Source: an uncultured Phycisphaerales bacterium
GTDB taxonomy: Bacteria; Planctomycetota; Phycisphaerae; Tepidisphaerales; Tepidisphaeraceae
DNA length: 64,000 bases
NCBI GenBank assembly: GCA_963755915.1
Contig: CAVWLP010000003.1
Coordinates: 288,001 to 352,000, forward strand
Reading direction: 5' to 3'
Shown: positions 54,010 through 62,448 of the stretch, piece after piece
Position numbering within the stretch: position 1 is the stretch's first letter
Layout of the letters: each line of letters begins with the position of its first letter
Position numbers and translations under genes: made by a program
The notes under the pieces: model-generated
What the model saw: the letters and a program-made list of their open reading frames with translations, nothing else
Database searches by the model: none
What the model was told of the DNA's origin: nothing

Positions 54010-54896
54010 GACCTTCGTTGATGCAGACGCTCAAGCAACTTCGGCTTTCAGGTCTGGCGAGCAGCCTTGAAGTTCGCCTGAGCGAGGCGGCCGGCAATCG
54101 GCTCGACCACAGTGAGTTTTTGGAACTGATCCTTCAGGATGAACTGAACGTCCGATCCAGCCGGCAGATCGGCCGGCGCGTCAAGGCGGCGATGTTCCGC
54201 GACACCAAAAACCTCGACGAGTTCGACTTCTCCTTCAACACCTCCATCAAACGCAAACAGATTCACGATCTGGCCGCCGGCCAGTTCATTCGTGACAAAC
54301 GTGACGTGCTCTTGCTGGGTCCGCCCGGCGTGGGCAAATCGTTTTTGGCCCAGGCCATCGGACACCAGGCGATCAAGAGCGGCTTGGTGGTCCTGTACCG
54401 ATCCATCTTCGACCTGGCCCGCGACTTTTTAGGCGACGAGGATCTGGGAGCCCAGGACAAGACGCTGGCCCGGTATCTCAAGCCTGATCTGCTTATCATC
54501 GACGACATGGGAATGAAGCAGCTTCCGCGGCGCAGCGGCGAATGCCTGCTGGAGATCGTCATGCGCCGGCACGAGAACCGCTCGACGATGATGACCAGCA
54601 ACCGTCCACTGGAGGACTGGGCCAAGCTGATCGGCGACGTGCCGGCGGCCACGGCCATTCTGGATCGGTTCCTGCAGCACGCCACGATCATCAACATCAC
54701 CGGCAAGAGCTACCGCCTTCGGCATGGGGGCCATTCGACTTCGCTCACGGCAGGCCAATCCGGGACACCGGAAAAGACAAATCCAAAAGGACGGCGGAGT
54801 ACCGCCGGCGATGAAGGGTGCTCCCCCCCGGAAGACACCGTGACAGAGCCGCCGTTGTCTTCTGATGTGGGGGTATCCGCCGGCCAGACGGCGTGA
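54006..54896 (+). CDS. istB: IS21 helper ATPase IstB
   Basis: FDFSFN, GPPGVGKS, LIIDD, TSNRP, AILDR, GKSYR. Confidence 0.95.
   Translation: MRPSLMQTLKQLRLSGLASSLEVRLSEAAGNRLDHSEFLELILQDELNVRSSRQIGRRVKAAMFRDTKNLDEFDFSFNTSIKRKQIHDLAAGQFIRDKRDVLLLGPPGVGKSFLAQAIGHQAIKSGLVVLYRSIFDLARDFLGDEDLGAQDKTLARYLKPDLLIIDDMGMKQLPRRSGECLLEIVMRRHENRSTMMTSNRPLEDWAKLIGDVPAATAILDRFLQHATIINITGKSYRLRHGGHSTSLTAGQSGTPEKTNPKGRRSTAGDEGCSPPEDTVTEPPLSSDVGVSAGQTA
54731..54754 (+). repeat. 24-bp micro-element (CCATTCGACTTCGCTCACGGCAGG) in the istB tail
   Basis: Same core and tail; GGCCA recurs at 24-nt spacing across the junctions. Confidence 0.75.
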
Positions 54897-55018
54897 ACGG
54901 GGACCAATAACTCAAGGAACAGTTGCGTCGGATAGAACGGATGCGGTATAGAATACGTCAGCACATTGGCCGGTTTTGAAGCGCCCCGCCCTGGCTGGTT
55001 TTGGCGCGCCCCGTGACA

Positions 55019-55611
55019 CTATAAGTACTGCCATACCCGGTAACCTCGTGACTAACTCTGGATTCGAGACGGGGGACTTTACCGGCTGGACGATCAGCGG
55101 CAATACCGCAAATCCGTTCGGTACTTACTACGGCGTCGACGCCTTCGACGCCAATAGCGGGAATTTTGGCGCATACATGAGCCAGGATTTTATCGACGAT
55201 GGCACGGCGCCGGTGGACTTGAGCCAAACCCTGGCGACGACTCTTGGCGACACGTATAACGTCACGTACTATTTGAAGCAGGACACGGCACCAGTCGTGG
55301 GATATACGCATTCATTCAGTGCGGCTTTTGGAGGAACGACAATTCAGAGCCTGACGCCAACGGTCGGTTCTCCGGGAACTGTTGGGTCGTTTACCAAATA
55401 CTCTTTCTCGGAAACGGCGGCAGGGCCGAGCACAACCCTGCAATTCGCCTTTGAGAATGACGATGATTATTGGTCGTTCGACGATGTCTCGGTGGTAGAC
55501 ACGACGGCGGTGCCCGAGCCCTCTACGGGCGTTCTGGGGGGAATGGCATTGGGGGCCTTGTTGCTCCTGAAGGGCCGTCGGGCCAGGGGACCGAAACTGG
55601 AATGCATATGA
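55019..55611 (+). pseudogene. PEP-CTERM protein, 5' end removed at the IS21 boundary
   Basis: NLVTNSGFETGDFTGW domain, FDDVSV, VPEP-TM-basic tail; no signal peptide or start codon outside the IS. Confidence 0.8.
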
Positions 55612-55676
55612 TATTTATATGCGTACATTACTATCTGCGTACAGCGTAACCGTTTCGCTCGCCCATTTTACTGTCT

Positions 55677-55716
55677 GGAGAACTAAAGTTGACGCGGGAG
55701 AACTAAAGGTGACGCG
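55677..55716 (+). repeat. Tandem 20-bp duplication (GGAGAACTAAAGKTGACGCG x2)
   Basis: Two adjacent units, 19/20 identical. Confidence 0.8.
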
Positions 55717-55931
55717 AACCGTAAACTACTAATCTATGCAATTGATGAATTAAATTGCCAGTAAGAACTAATAAAGGGACGAAACGCAAATTCCCGACAA
55801 ACGAAGCGCTCTCGGCGCGACCAAGGCGCCCAGCCCCAAAAGCCCGCCCCAAGCCCCTGCCCCACCAATACTTGCGTCAGCCAATAAAGCTAGCGATCAC
55901 TAAGCAAAGTCTGAAAACTGTAGCAATGTGT

Positions 55932-57420
55932 TAATCCCGTTCGGCACGCAGGCTTCATCGGAGCATTCCAAAGCTGTGGAGGACGCGAAACAATTGAAGC
56001 TTAGATACTTTTACTTTCCCCTGCTGCACGCCGGCGTCCGCAAGAGCGCAGCATCAACCGCGAGGTCTCCGCGGCGACGGATTCCCCTTCAGTTTACTCC
56101 CAGTTTTTTCAAGGCCTCCGCTCTTGCCCTCAGCTTAATCCCGGTGTTATCCGGCTTGTTCAGGAATCGAAGCACGTCCTGTTCCTCGGCCAGCCCCAGC
56201 AGATACCAGCCGATCATGTTCCGCATCGCCTTGTTCGGCTTCCTGCCGCTGATCAGCTGAATCAGCACGCAGACGATCAGCGCGCAGTGGATTTGGATGT
56301 CGATCCCCTCCTGGCGTTGGCTCAGCAGGTGACGCATGCCCAGCAGTTGCTTGAAGATCCGGAAGAACAACTCAACGGTGTAGCGGTACAGATAAATCAG
56401 GGCGATCAATTCCGCCGGCAGGTCCAGCAGGTTCGTGTACAGGATGATCAGGTCCGTCGGCTTGTTGCCGCTGCGCGTGCGGCGCGGATGGGGTTTCACC
56501 TGCACTTCCACCCGTCGCACCACCCTATCCGCCGCCGTCTCCAGGCCGTCGAGTTTCACCAGCGCGTCTCGCACCACGCCGCCGTCCAATGCTTCCTGTG
56601 AAAGCAATCGTTCTTCAAACAGCTCAAACACCGAGTTTTCCGCGGCCCGCATCACAAAGGAGCTTTGCGCCGCGGCGATGTCCGCAAAGAGGCTCCGGTC
56701 GGCGTAGCCGCCGTCTCCTACATAGCACCGTCCTGCTTCCAGGCTGCGCCGCAGGACGTTGTTTTCACGGTTGGCCCCCGCGTTGCGAGCGCCAGTGCGG
56801 TCGAGGCGATGGACTTTGAACGTCTCCAGATCGAATTGAACGTGCAAACGCCAGCCATAGACCGCTTTCCCGTCCCGGGAGGTGTTGTAGCGCGCATCGA
56901 TGCCGCAAGCGGATTTGGCCAGCCGACTCAGCGCCGTCAGCACCGTCCCGTCGACCAGCGTGATCGCCTGCCCAAAGTCCGCAAGACGCGGATCGGCGCC
57001 TGGGGCAGTTCCCCCGCCAATTCCTCAATCAGCGGCGTCAAACGCCCCGGCTCGAACACCCGAACCGATTCAGAGAAACTGCCCACGGAAAAACGCTTAA
57101 TTCCCAGCGCCTTGGCCACCTTGGGCAGTTCAGCAACCTCCTGAAGATCCCGCAGGGATTGGATCAGCGGATTCCAGGTGTAAAGCAAAACCAGCTTGCA
57201 ATAATCGTCGAAGTGAAGCTGGCGGTTCCCGGCTCGATCCCGCTCACAGCCCACATCCCGCAGCGTGGGCAGCAGCGCGAAGACGCGCCGCAGATGTCCG
57301 AGGCACAGGATCTCTTTTTCCTTCAGTCTTGCCTGCACGTCCGGCAGCATGCCATAAAAAGATCAAAGGCGCAATCTCAATATCTTGCTGCTTGCGCGAA
57401 CCCCGTGCCGAACGGGATTA
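55932..57420 (-). mobile_element. IS4-family insertion sequence, 1489 bp
   Basis: Perfect 17-bp IR TAATCCCGTTCGGCACG; 9-bp target duplication GCAATGTGT (55923-55931 and 57421-57429). Confidence 0.93.
56089..57350 (-). CDS. IS4-family transposase (frameshift near 56980)
   Basis: YVGDGGY and YLYRYTVELFFRIFK (YREK-like) motifs; SVGSFSES in the N-terminal frame. Confidence 0.88.
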
Positions 57421-57440
57421 GCAATGTGTAGCAACCCGTC

Positions 57441-60400
57441 TCACCGCCGCAGCCGGTCGGTTGCGCGCTCGTTTTTCGTTTTGTGCAGCGTCTGATCGGT
57501 GGTGCTCGCGGAAGGTGCAGACGAGACGGGACTCGGTGTCGATGTTATCGATGAGCCGACGACGGTTATGGCCGCGGCCGAGGCGAATGGGGTGGCTACG
57601 ACCGCGGGCGCAGCCGCGGCGATCTGATCCCCCTGGCCGAAATTCCCGGAGAGGGCCGAGAAATCGCTTCCGTTGACGCTGGAGCCGAAGAAGAAATTGC
57701 CCTGGTCCCAGTTTGTGAGTCCCAATCCAAAGCCGGCGGCGAGGATGCTGAAGTCGGTGCCGTTGACGGCGCCGTCCAGGTTGGCGTCGCCGAGGAGGGT
57801 GTATCGCAGCTCGATCTGGCCGGTGGAGAGGCCGGGGACGTTGTGGACGCCGTCGTTGCCGTCGGCCCAGCCGATGCCGTATTGGAGGGCGCCGGGAGTG
57901 GCGTTTTGGGCGGCGGCGGAGGAGGAAATAATTCCCGGGCCGTTCCAGGCGCCGTTGTTATAGCCGCTCTTGAGATAGCCGTAGATGGTGGAGATGGGGT
58001 CGGAGGCAGCGCCGTATTTGACGAAGATTTCGCTGTTGGTCATGTCCAGCTTGCCGGTGCCGCTGACGAGGAGGATGGAGACGTTAAGGACATTGGGGGT
58101 GTTGGTTGCGGAGGGGGTCATTAACGCGGTAGCGCCGCTGGCGATGTTCAGGGCGCCCAGGGTAATTGAGGCGGCGGAGGCGAAGGTGAGTGAGCCGGCG
58201 TTGACGTTTATGGTCGACGTGGACGCGCCGGTGAAGGTGAAGGGGATTGAACTGGGGCCGGTGAAATTGAAGACGTCGCCCGAGCCGGTATCGGTAACGG
58301 TGATGGCGGCGACGCCGGTGAAGCTGATTTGCTCGCCGTTTTGGGTGGCGGTGATTGTGGAGCCGGTATTGCTGAGAGAAACCGCCCCACCGCTGCCGAG
58401 GTTGATGCCGAGGGTGGAGCCGCTGGGGACGGCGAAGTTTTCGGCGATGATGACGGCCGAGCCCTGGGCACTGCCGTCCATGGCGGTGACGAGGAATGTT
58501 CCGGGCGTCGAGCCGAGCGTGGCGTTGCCGCTGCTGTTGATCGAGTTATTCGATCCGGTGATGCCCCAGGTGAAGCTGGGGGAGTTGATCGGGTTGCCGA
58601 ATTGGTCGGTCACCGTGGCGGAGAAGAGCTGGCTGAAACCGATGGGGAGCACCGGGGAATTGCCGGGGGTGACGGCGACTCTGGTTGGGTTTTGAGCGAC
58701 GACGACCGTCAGGGTGCTGGTGGTGGTGCCGCCGAGGGGATTGGTGATGGTTACCAGGAAGTTGTAGGTGCCGGCTATCAGGAAAGTGGCGGTGACATTC
58801 TTGGCGGCGTTGGTGCCGTTCGCGCTGAAGATGACGTTGGCGGGTCCGATGGCGGACCAGGTGTAGGTGAGGTTGGATTCACCGGCCGCATCCGCGCCGA
58901 GAACGGAGAGGCTGGTGCTGGTGGCCGTAACGGGCGGCGCGGGACTGGAGGCGGCGGCCTGGGCGACGGTCGGGGCGTTGTCGGCCTGGAACTCAATGAC
59001 CGTGATTGAATAGCCGGCGAAGGTATAGTCGAAGCTGGTGCCGAGGCCGGTGGCGGTTGAGGTTTCGGGGACGATGTTGGTGGGCTGGGTGATGGAATTG
59101 GTGTCGGTGCTGGAAGCGGCGCTCATGCTGGTGACGGTGCCGGTGGAAGAGACTTCGGTAACCCCCGAGAGATCGATCGTCGTGTTGTTGGCGGTTCCGA
59201 GGGTGTTGATGACGGTGAGGTAGTAGTTGTCGCCGGTGCGGGTGACGATGGTTTGCAGGCCGCCCGCGCCGCTGACGGAGTCGGAGACGACGGTGGCGCC
59301 GTGGTCCTGGCCGAGGATGATCTGGGCGTAGTAGCTGGGTGAGCCGTAGGCGGAGGTGTTGTTGAAGCCGATGAGGTCGGGGGTCCACTGGAGGCCGTTG
59401 ACGTTGGCCCAGAGGGGTGCGTAGGAGGACATCGTCACCAGGTCGGAATTTGCTTCGAGGCCGAGGAGCCAGGAGGCGTCGCCGAGGGCGGATTCCATGT
59501 CGTTGGTGGGGGAGCCCTGGTCGGAGGCGTATTCACCGATGAAGATCTGGGTGGAGCCGCGGGCGACGGTGTCGAAGTAGTTTGAGTTGGCCTCGAACCA
59601 CTGGGGGGTTTCGTAGAAGTGCTCGTCGAGAACATTGTAGGGAGAGCCGCCGGTGGCGGTGCTGGTGGCGATGATCTGAAGGGTGGGAAACGCGGCGTGG
59701 ATGGCGTTGTAGAAGAGGGGATAGCGGGTCGAATAAGTTGAGGAGAAGAAATCCTCGTTGCCGATCTCGACATATTGGATGTTGTAGGGGGCGGGGTGGC
59801 CGTTGGCGGCGCGCTCGGCGCCCCAGGTTGTGGTGACGGGGTCGAGGCAATAATGGAGCTCGTCGACGGCGGAGGTGACGTCGGCGGTGAGAGTGGCGCC
59901 GGTGTCGGAGGTGCCGTTGAGCGTGTAGCCGGCGTAGACGGCAAGGATTGGCATGGCGCCGACTTCCTCGGCCATTTGGAGGTATTCGTCGAGGCCCATG
60001 CCGTCGGTGGACCAGTATCCCCAGGCGGAATTGTAGTGCCCGGTGCGATCCTGGACGGGGCCGATGGTTGCCTGCCAGTTGAAGCGGGTGGCGTAGGTGT
60101 CGCCCTCGAGGTAATTGCCGCCGGGCACGCGGAAAATGGCGGGCTTGAGGGCGGCGAGCATGTCCATCAGGTCGATGCGGAGGTGATTGGACTGGCCTTC
60201 ATAGGAAGGGGGATAGAGATAGGTGGCGCCGATCCAGATGGTTTTGCCGTTGGCGGAGGCGCTGTTGGTGTAGATGTTAAAAACATTGGTGGCGGTGGTT
60301 GGGGTGCTGGCGGTGGTGGTGAGGTTTACGGTGTACTCGGTCCAGGCGGTGGAGATGGAGGAGACGGTGGCGGTTGCCCAGACGGTGCCGGTGGTGGATT

Positions 60401-62246
60401 CGATGTCGACGGTGAGGGGGCCGGTGAAACCGGAGCTGGCCTTGGCGTAGAAGATGACCTGGTAGGTGGTAGAGGGTGCGATGGCGACGCCGAAATAACC
60501 GGAGTTGGAGATGCCGACGCGGGCTGAAGACGACACGCCGGAGGTGACGGTAATTTTGGCGGATTGGGTGAGGGCGCTGGTTGGGCCGGTGGTGGTGTCG
60601 GAGGCGAGGTTGGCGGTGACGCCGGAGCTGGTGAGGAGGGACCAGGCGTTGAGGGCGCCGGTGGAGTCGTTGAAACCGCTGTTTTGGACTTCGTCGTTGT
60701 AGATGCCGCCGGTGGCGCCGTAGTTGATGTCCTCCATGAAGGCGCCGAAGAGGTTTGGGGAGACGGTGACCCCGGTGCTGGTGGTGGCGACGTTGATGGT
60801 GGAGCTGCCGTCGGTGCCGATATAGGCGGCGTCGGCGGTGTTGAGGGGGGAATCGTAAAAGTGGACATCGTCGATGTCGCCGTTGACGAAATCGGTGCGG
60901 GCGCCGTTGAACAGTCCGCCGCCGATGACGGTTGGTCCGGTGGCCTGCCAGCCGCCGGTGTAGGAGACGGAATTTTGGAGGACACCGTTGACGTAGAGCT
61001 GGATTTGGCCGGTGGCGGGGTCGTTGACGCCGATGAGGTTGTACCAGACGCCGGCGGTGGGCGTGAAAGTTGAGTCGGCCTGGGAGACGGCGGCGGAGTC
61101 GCTGTCGGAGGCGAGGCGCGTGAAGGCGAATGTTCCGGTGTCGCCGCGGAGTTGGAGGTAGAAGCCGGAAGTGTTGACGCCGTCGATGGAGACGAAGGTT
61201 TGGTAGCCGGAGGTGTTGTTGAGCAGGACCCAGGCGGAGACGGAGAATGGGAGAGCGGTGTTGATGACGGGGTTGGGGTTGGTGGCGTTGCCGGTGGCGG
61301 TGCCGTTAACGGCGATGGAGTTGGAGCCGATGCGTCCGGCGGCCCAGGTTGCGCCGGAGCCGAGGGTGAGGGTGTTTCCGTGGCCGGTGATGTCGGCGGC
61401 GGTGGTTCCCGAGCCGTCATCAAAAGACCAGGCCGCCGGCTGTGCCAGCGCGGCGACCTGGGGGGCCGAGAGAGCGGAGGAAAAAACTTGAACGTCGTCA
61501 ATTTCGCCGTCGACGTAATCCACCGCCCCGCCGCTGTACCATCCGTGACCGATCATGAGATTGCCGTTGGCCTGCCAGCCGCCGGTGTAGGCGACAGAGC
61601 CCATGGATTGGCCGTCGACGTAGAGGGTGAGGGTGCCGGCGGTGGCGTCGTCCACGCCGACAATCTGGTACCAGGTTCCGGTGAGCGGCGTTTCCGGGGC
61701 GGCAACGACGGTGGCGGTGCCATCGGCGTCGGAGCCGAGACGGGCGAAGGAAAAGGCATCGGTATCGGCGCGAAGGCCGAGGTAGAAGCCGGCAACATTG
61801 GTGCCGGCGATGGAGACGACCGTCTGGTATCCGTTGGTATTGGCCAGGTTGACCCATGCGGAAACGGTGAAGCTGCCGGCGGTGTTGATGATCGGCCCGT
61901 TGGCGGTGACGACACTGTTGGCGGTACCGTTAAGGCTGATGGCTCCGCTGCCGACGTTTCCGGTGACCCAGGAGACGCCTGCGCCGAGGGTTGCCGTGTT
62001 TCCATTTCCTGAGGAGTCGTTGGCGATGGTGCCGGTGCCTTCGTCGAAGGTCCAGTGGGCGGCTGGGGTGGGAACGGTGGGGACGGTTACGGAGAAAAGG
62101 AGGCGGTTTTCGAGGGATTCGACGATGCCGTGGAGAACGTGCCGGCTCCTATTTGCAAACCGTTTCCCCCTTCTTCTTTTCTTGTCGGATTTGGAATAAA
62201 CAGAGGAAGCGCCAGACGATACGGATCCCGGCATACGCATGCTCAA
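57441..62246 (-). CDS. Multimodular GH51 alpha-L-arabinofuranosidase: LEPR-XLL, 2x LamG, GH51, Ig/PKD-like, dockerin-like
   Basis: ESLENRLLFS; two WxFDxGxGT LamG domains; FGAFMEDINY, RVPGGNY, EIGNED, DEHFY, IGEY, SYAPL; GDANLDG. Confidence 0.92.
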   Translation of the reverse strand: MSMRMPGSVSSGASSVYSKSDKKRRRGKRFANRSRHVLHGIVESLENRLLFSVTVPTVPTPAAHWTFDEGTGTIANDSSGNGNTATLGAGVSWVTGNVGSGAISLNGTANSVVTANGPIINTAGSFTVSAWVNLANTNGYQTVVSIAGTNVAGFYLGLRADTDAFSFARLGSDADGTATVVAAPETPLTGTWYQIVGVDDATAGTLTLYVDGQSMGSVAYTGGWQANGNLMIGHGWYSGGAVDYVDGEIDDVQVFSSALSAPQVAALAQPAAWSFDDGSGTTAADITGHGNTLTLGSGATWAAGRIGSNSIAVNGTATGNATNPNPVINTALPFSVSAWVLLNNTSGYQTFVSIDGVNTSGFYLQLRGDTGTFAFTRLASDSDSAAVSQADSTFTPTAGVWYNLIGVNDPATGQIQLYVNGVLQNSVSYTGGWQATGPTVIGGGLFNGARTDFVNGDIDDVHFYDSPLNTADAAYIGTDGSSTINVATTSTGVTVSPNLFGAFMEDINYGATGGIYNDEVQNSGFNDSTGALNAWSLLTSSGVTANLASDTTTGPTSALTQSAKITVTSGVSSSARVGISNSGYFGVAIAPSTTYQVIFYAKASSGFTGPLTVDIESTTGTVWATATVSSISTAWTEYTVNLTTTASTPTTATNVFNIYTNSASANGKTIWIGATYLYPPSYEGQSNHLRIDLMDMLAALKPAIFRVPGGNYLEGDTYATRFNWQATIGPVQDRTGHYNSAWGYWSTDGMGLDEYLQMAEEVGAMPILAVYAGYTLNGTSDTGATLTADVTSAVDELHYCLDPVTTTWGAERAANGHPAPYNIQYVEIGNEDFFSSTYSTRYPLFYNAIHAAFPTLQIIATSTATGGSPYNVLDEHFYETPQWFEANSNYFDTVARGSTQIFIGEYASDQGSPTNDMESALGDASWLLGLEANSDLVTMSSYAPLWANVNGLQWTPDLIGFNNTSAYGSPSYYAQIILGQDHGATVVSDSVSGAGGLQTIVTRTGDNYYLTVINTLGTANNTTIDLSGVTEVSSTGTVTSMSAASSTDTNSITQPTNIVPETSTATGLGTSFDYTFAGYSITVIEFQADNAPTVAQAAASSPAPPVTATSTSLSVLGADAAGESNLTYTWSAIGPANVIFSANGTNAAKNVTATFLIAGTYNFLVTITNPLGGTTTSTLTVVVAQNPTRVAVTPGNSPVLPIGFSQLFSATVTDQFGNPINSPSFTWGITGSNNSINSSGNATLGSTPGTFLVTAMDGSAQGSAVIIAENFAVPSGSTLGINLGSGGAVSLSNTGSTITATQNGEQISFTGVAAITVTDTGSGDVFNFTGPSSIPFTFTGASTSTINVNAGSLTFASAASITLGALNIASGATALMTPSATNTPNVLNVSILLVSGTGKLDMTNSEIFVKYGAASDPISTIYGYLKSGYNNGAWNGPGIISSSAAAQNATPGALQYGIGWADGNDGVHNVPGLSTGQIELRYTLLGDANLDGAVNGTDFSILAAGFGLGLTNWDQGNFFFGSSVNGSDFSALSGNFGQGDQIAAAAPAVVATPFASAAAITVVGSSITSTPSPVSSAPSASTTDQTLHKTKNERATDRLRR

Positions 62247-62383
62247 CCCTCTTGCCGCGAATACGAACCTGGGACGTACATTGCGAACCGCGGCGGGGGC
62301 TATTTAAGCCTAAAATGGGAGCAAAAACAAGCTTTTTTTTCATCGCGAAAGTAAAGGGAATATGGTGGCAATTTGGCGGGCGA

Positions 62384-62423
62384 CCCCCTCCCCGACCCTC
62401 CCCCGGCGTACCGGGGGCGGGGG
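62384..62423. repeat. GC-rich palindromic intergenic repeat or terminator-like hairpin
   Basis: CCCTCCCCCGG-CGTA-CCGGGGGCGGG stem-loop after the halogenase stop. Confidence 0.5.
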
Positions 62424-62448
62424 AAATAAGGAAGGACGGTGCCGTGGA

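Larger units (their letters stand above)
52093..55018 (+). mobile_element. IS21-family insertion sequence
   Basis: TGTCA..TGACA ends with internally repeated AAAACCGGCCA boxes at both ends; istA and istB; no target duplication visible. Confidence 0.93.
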
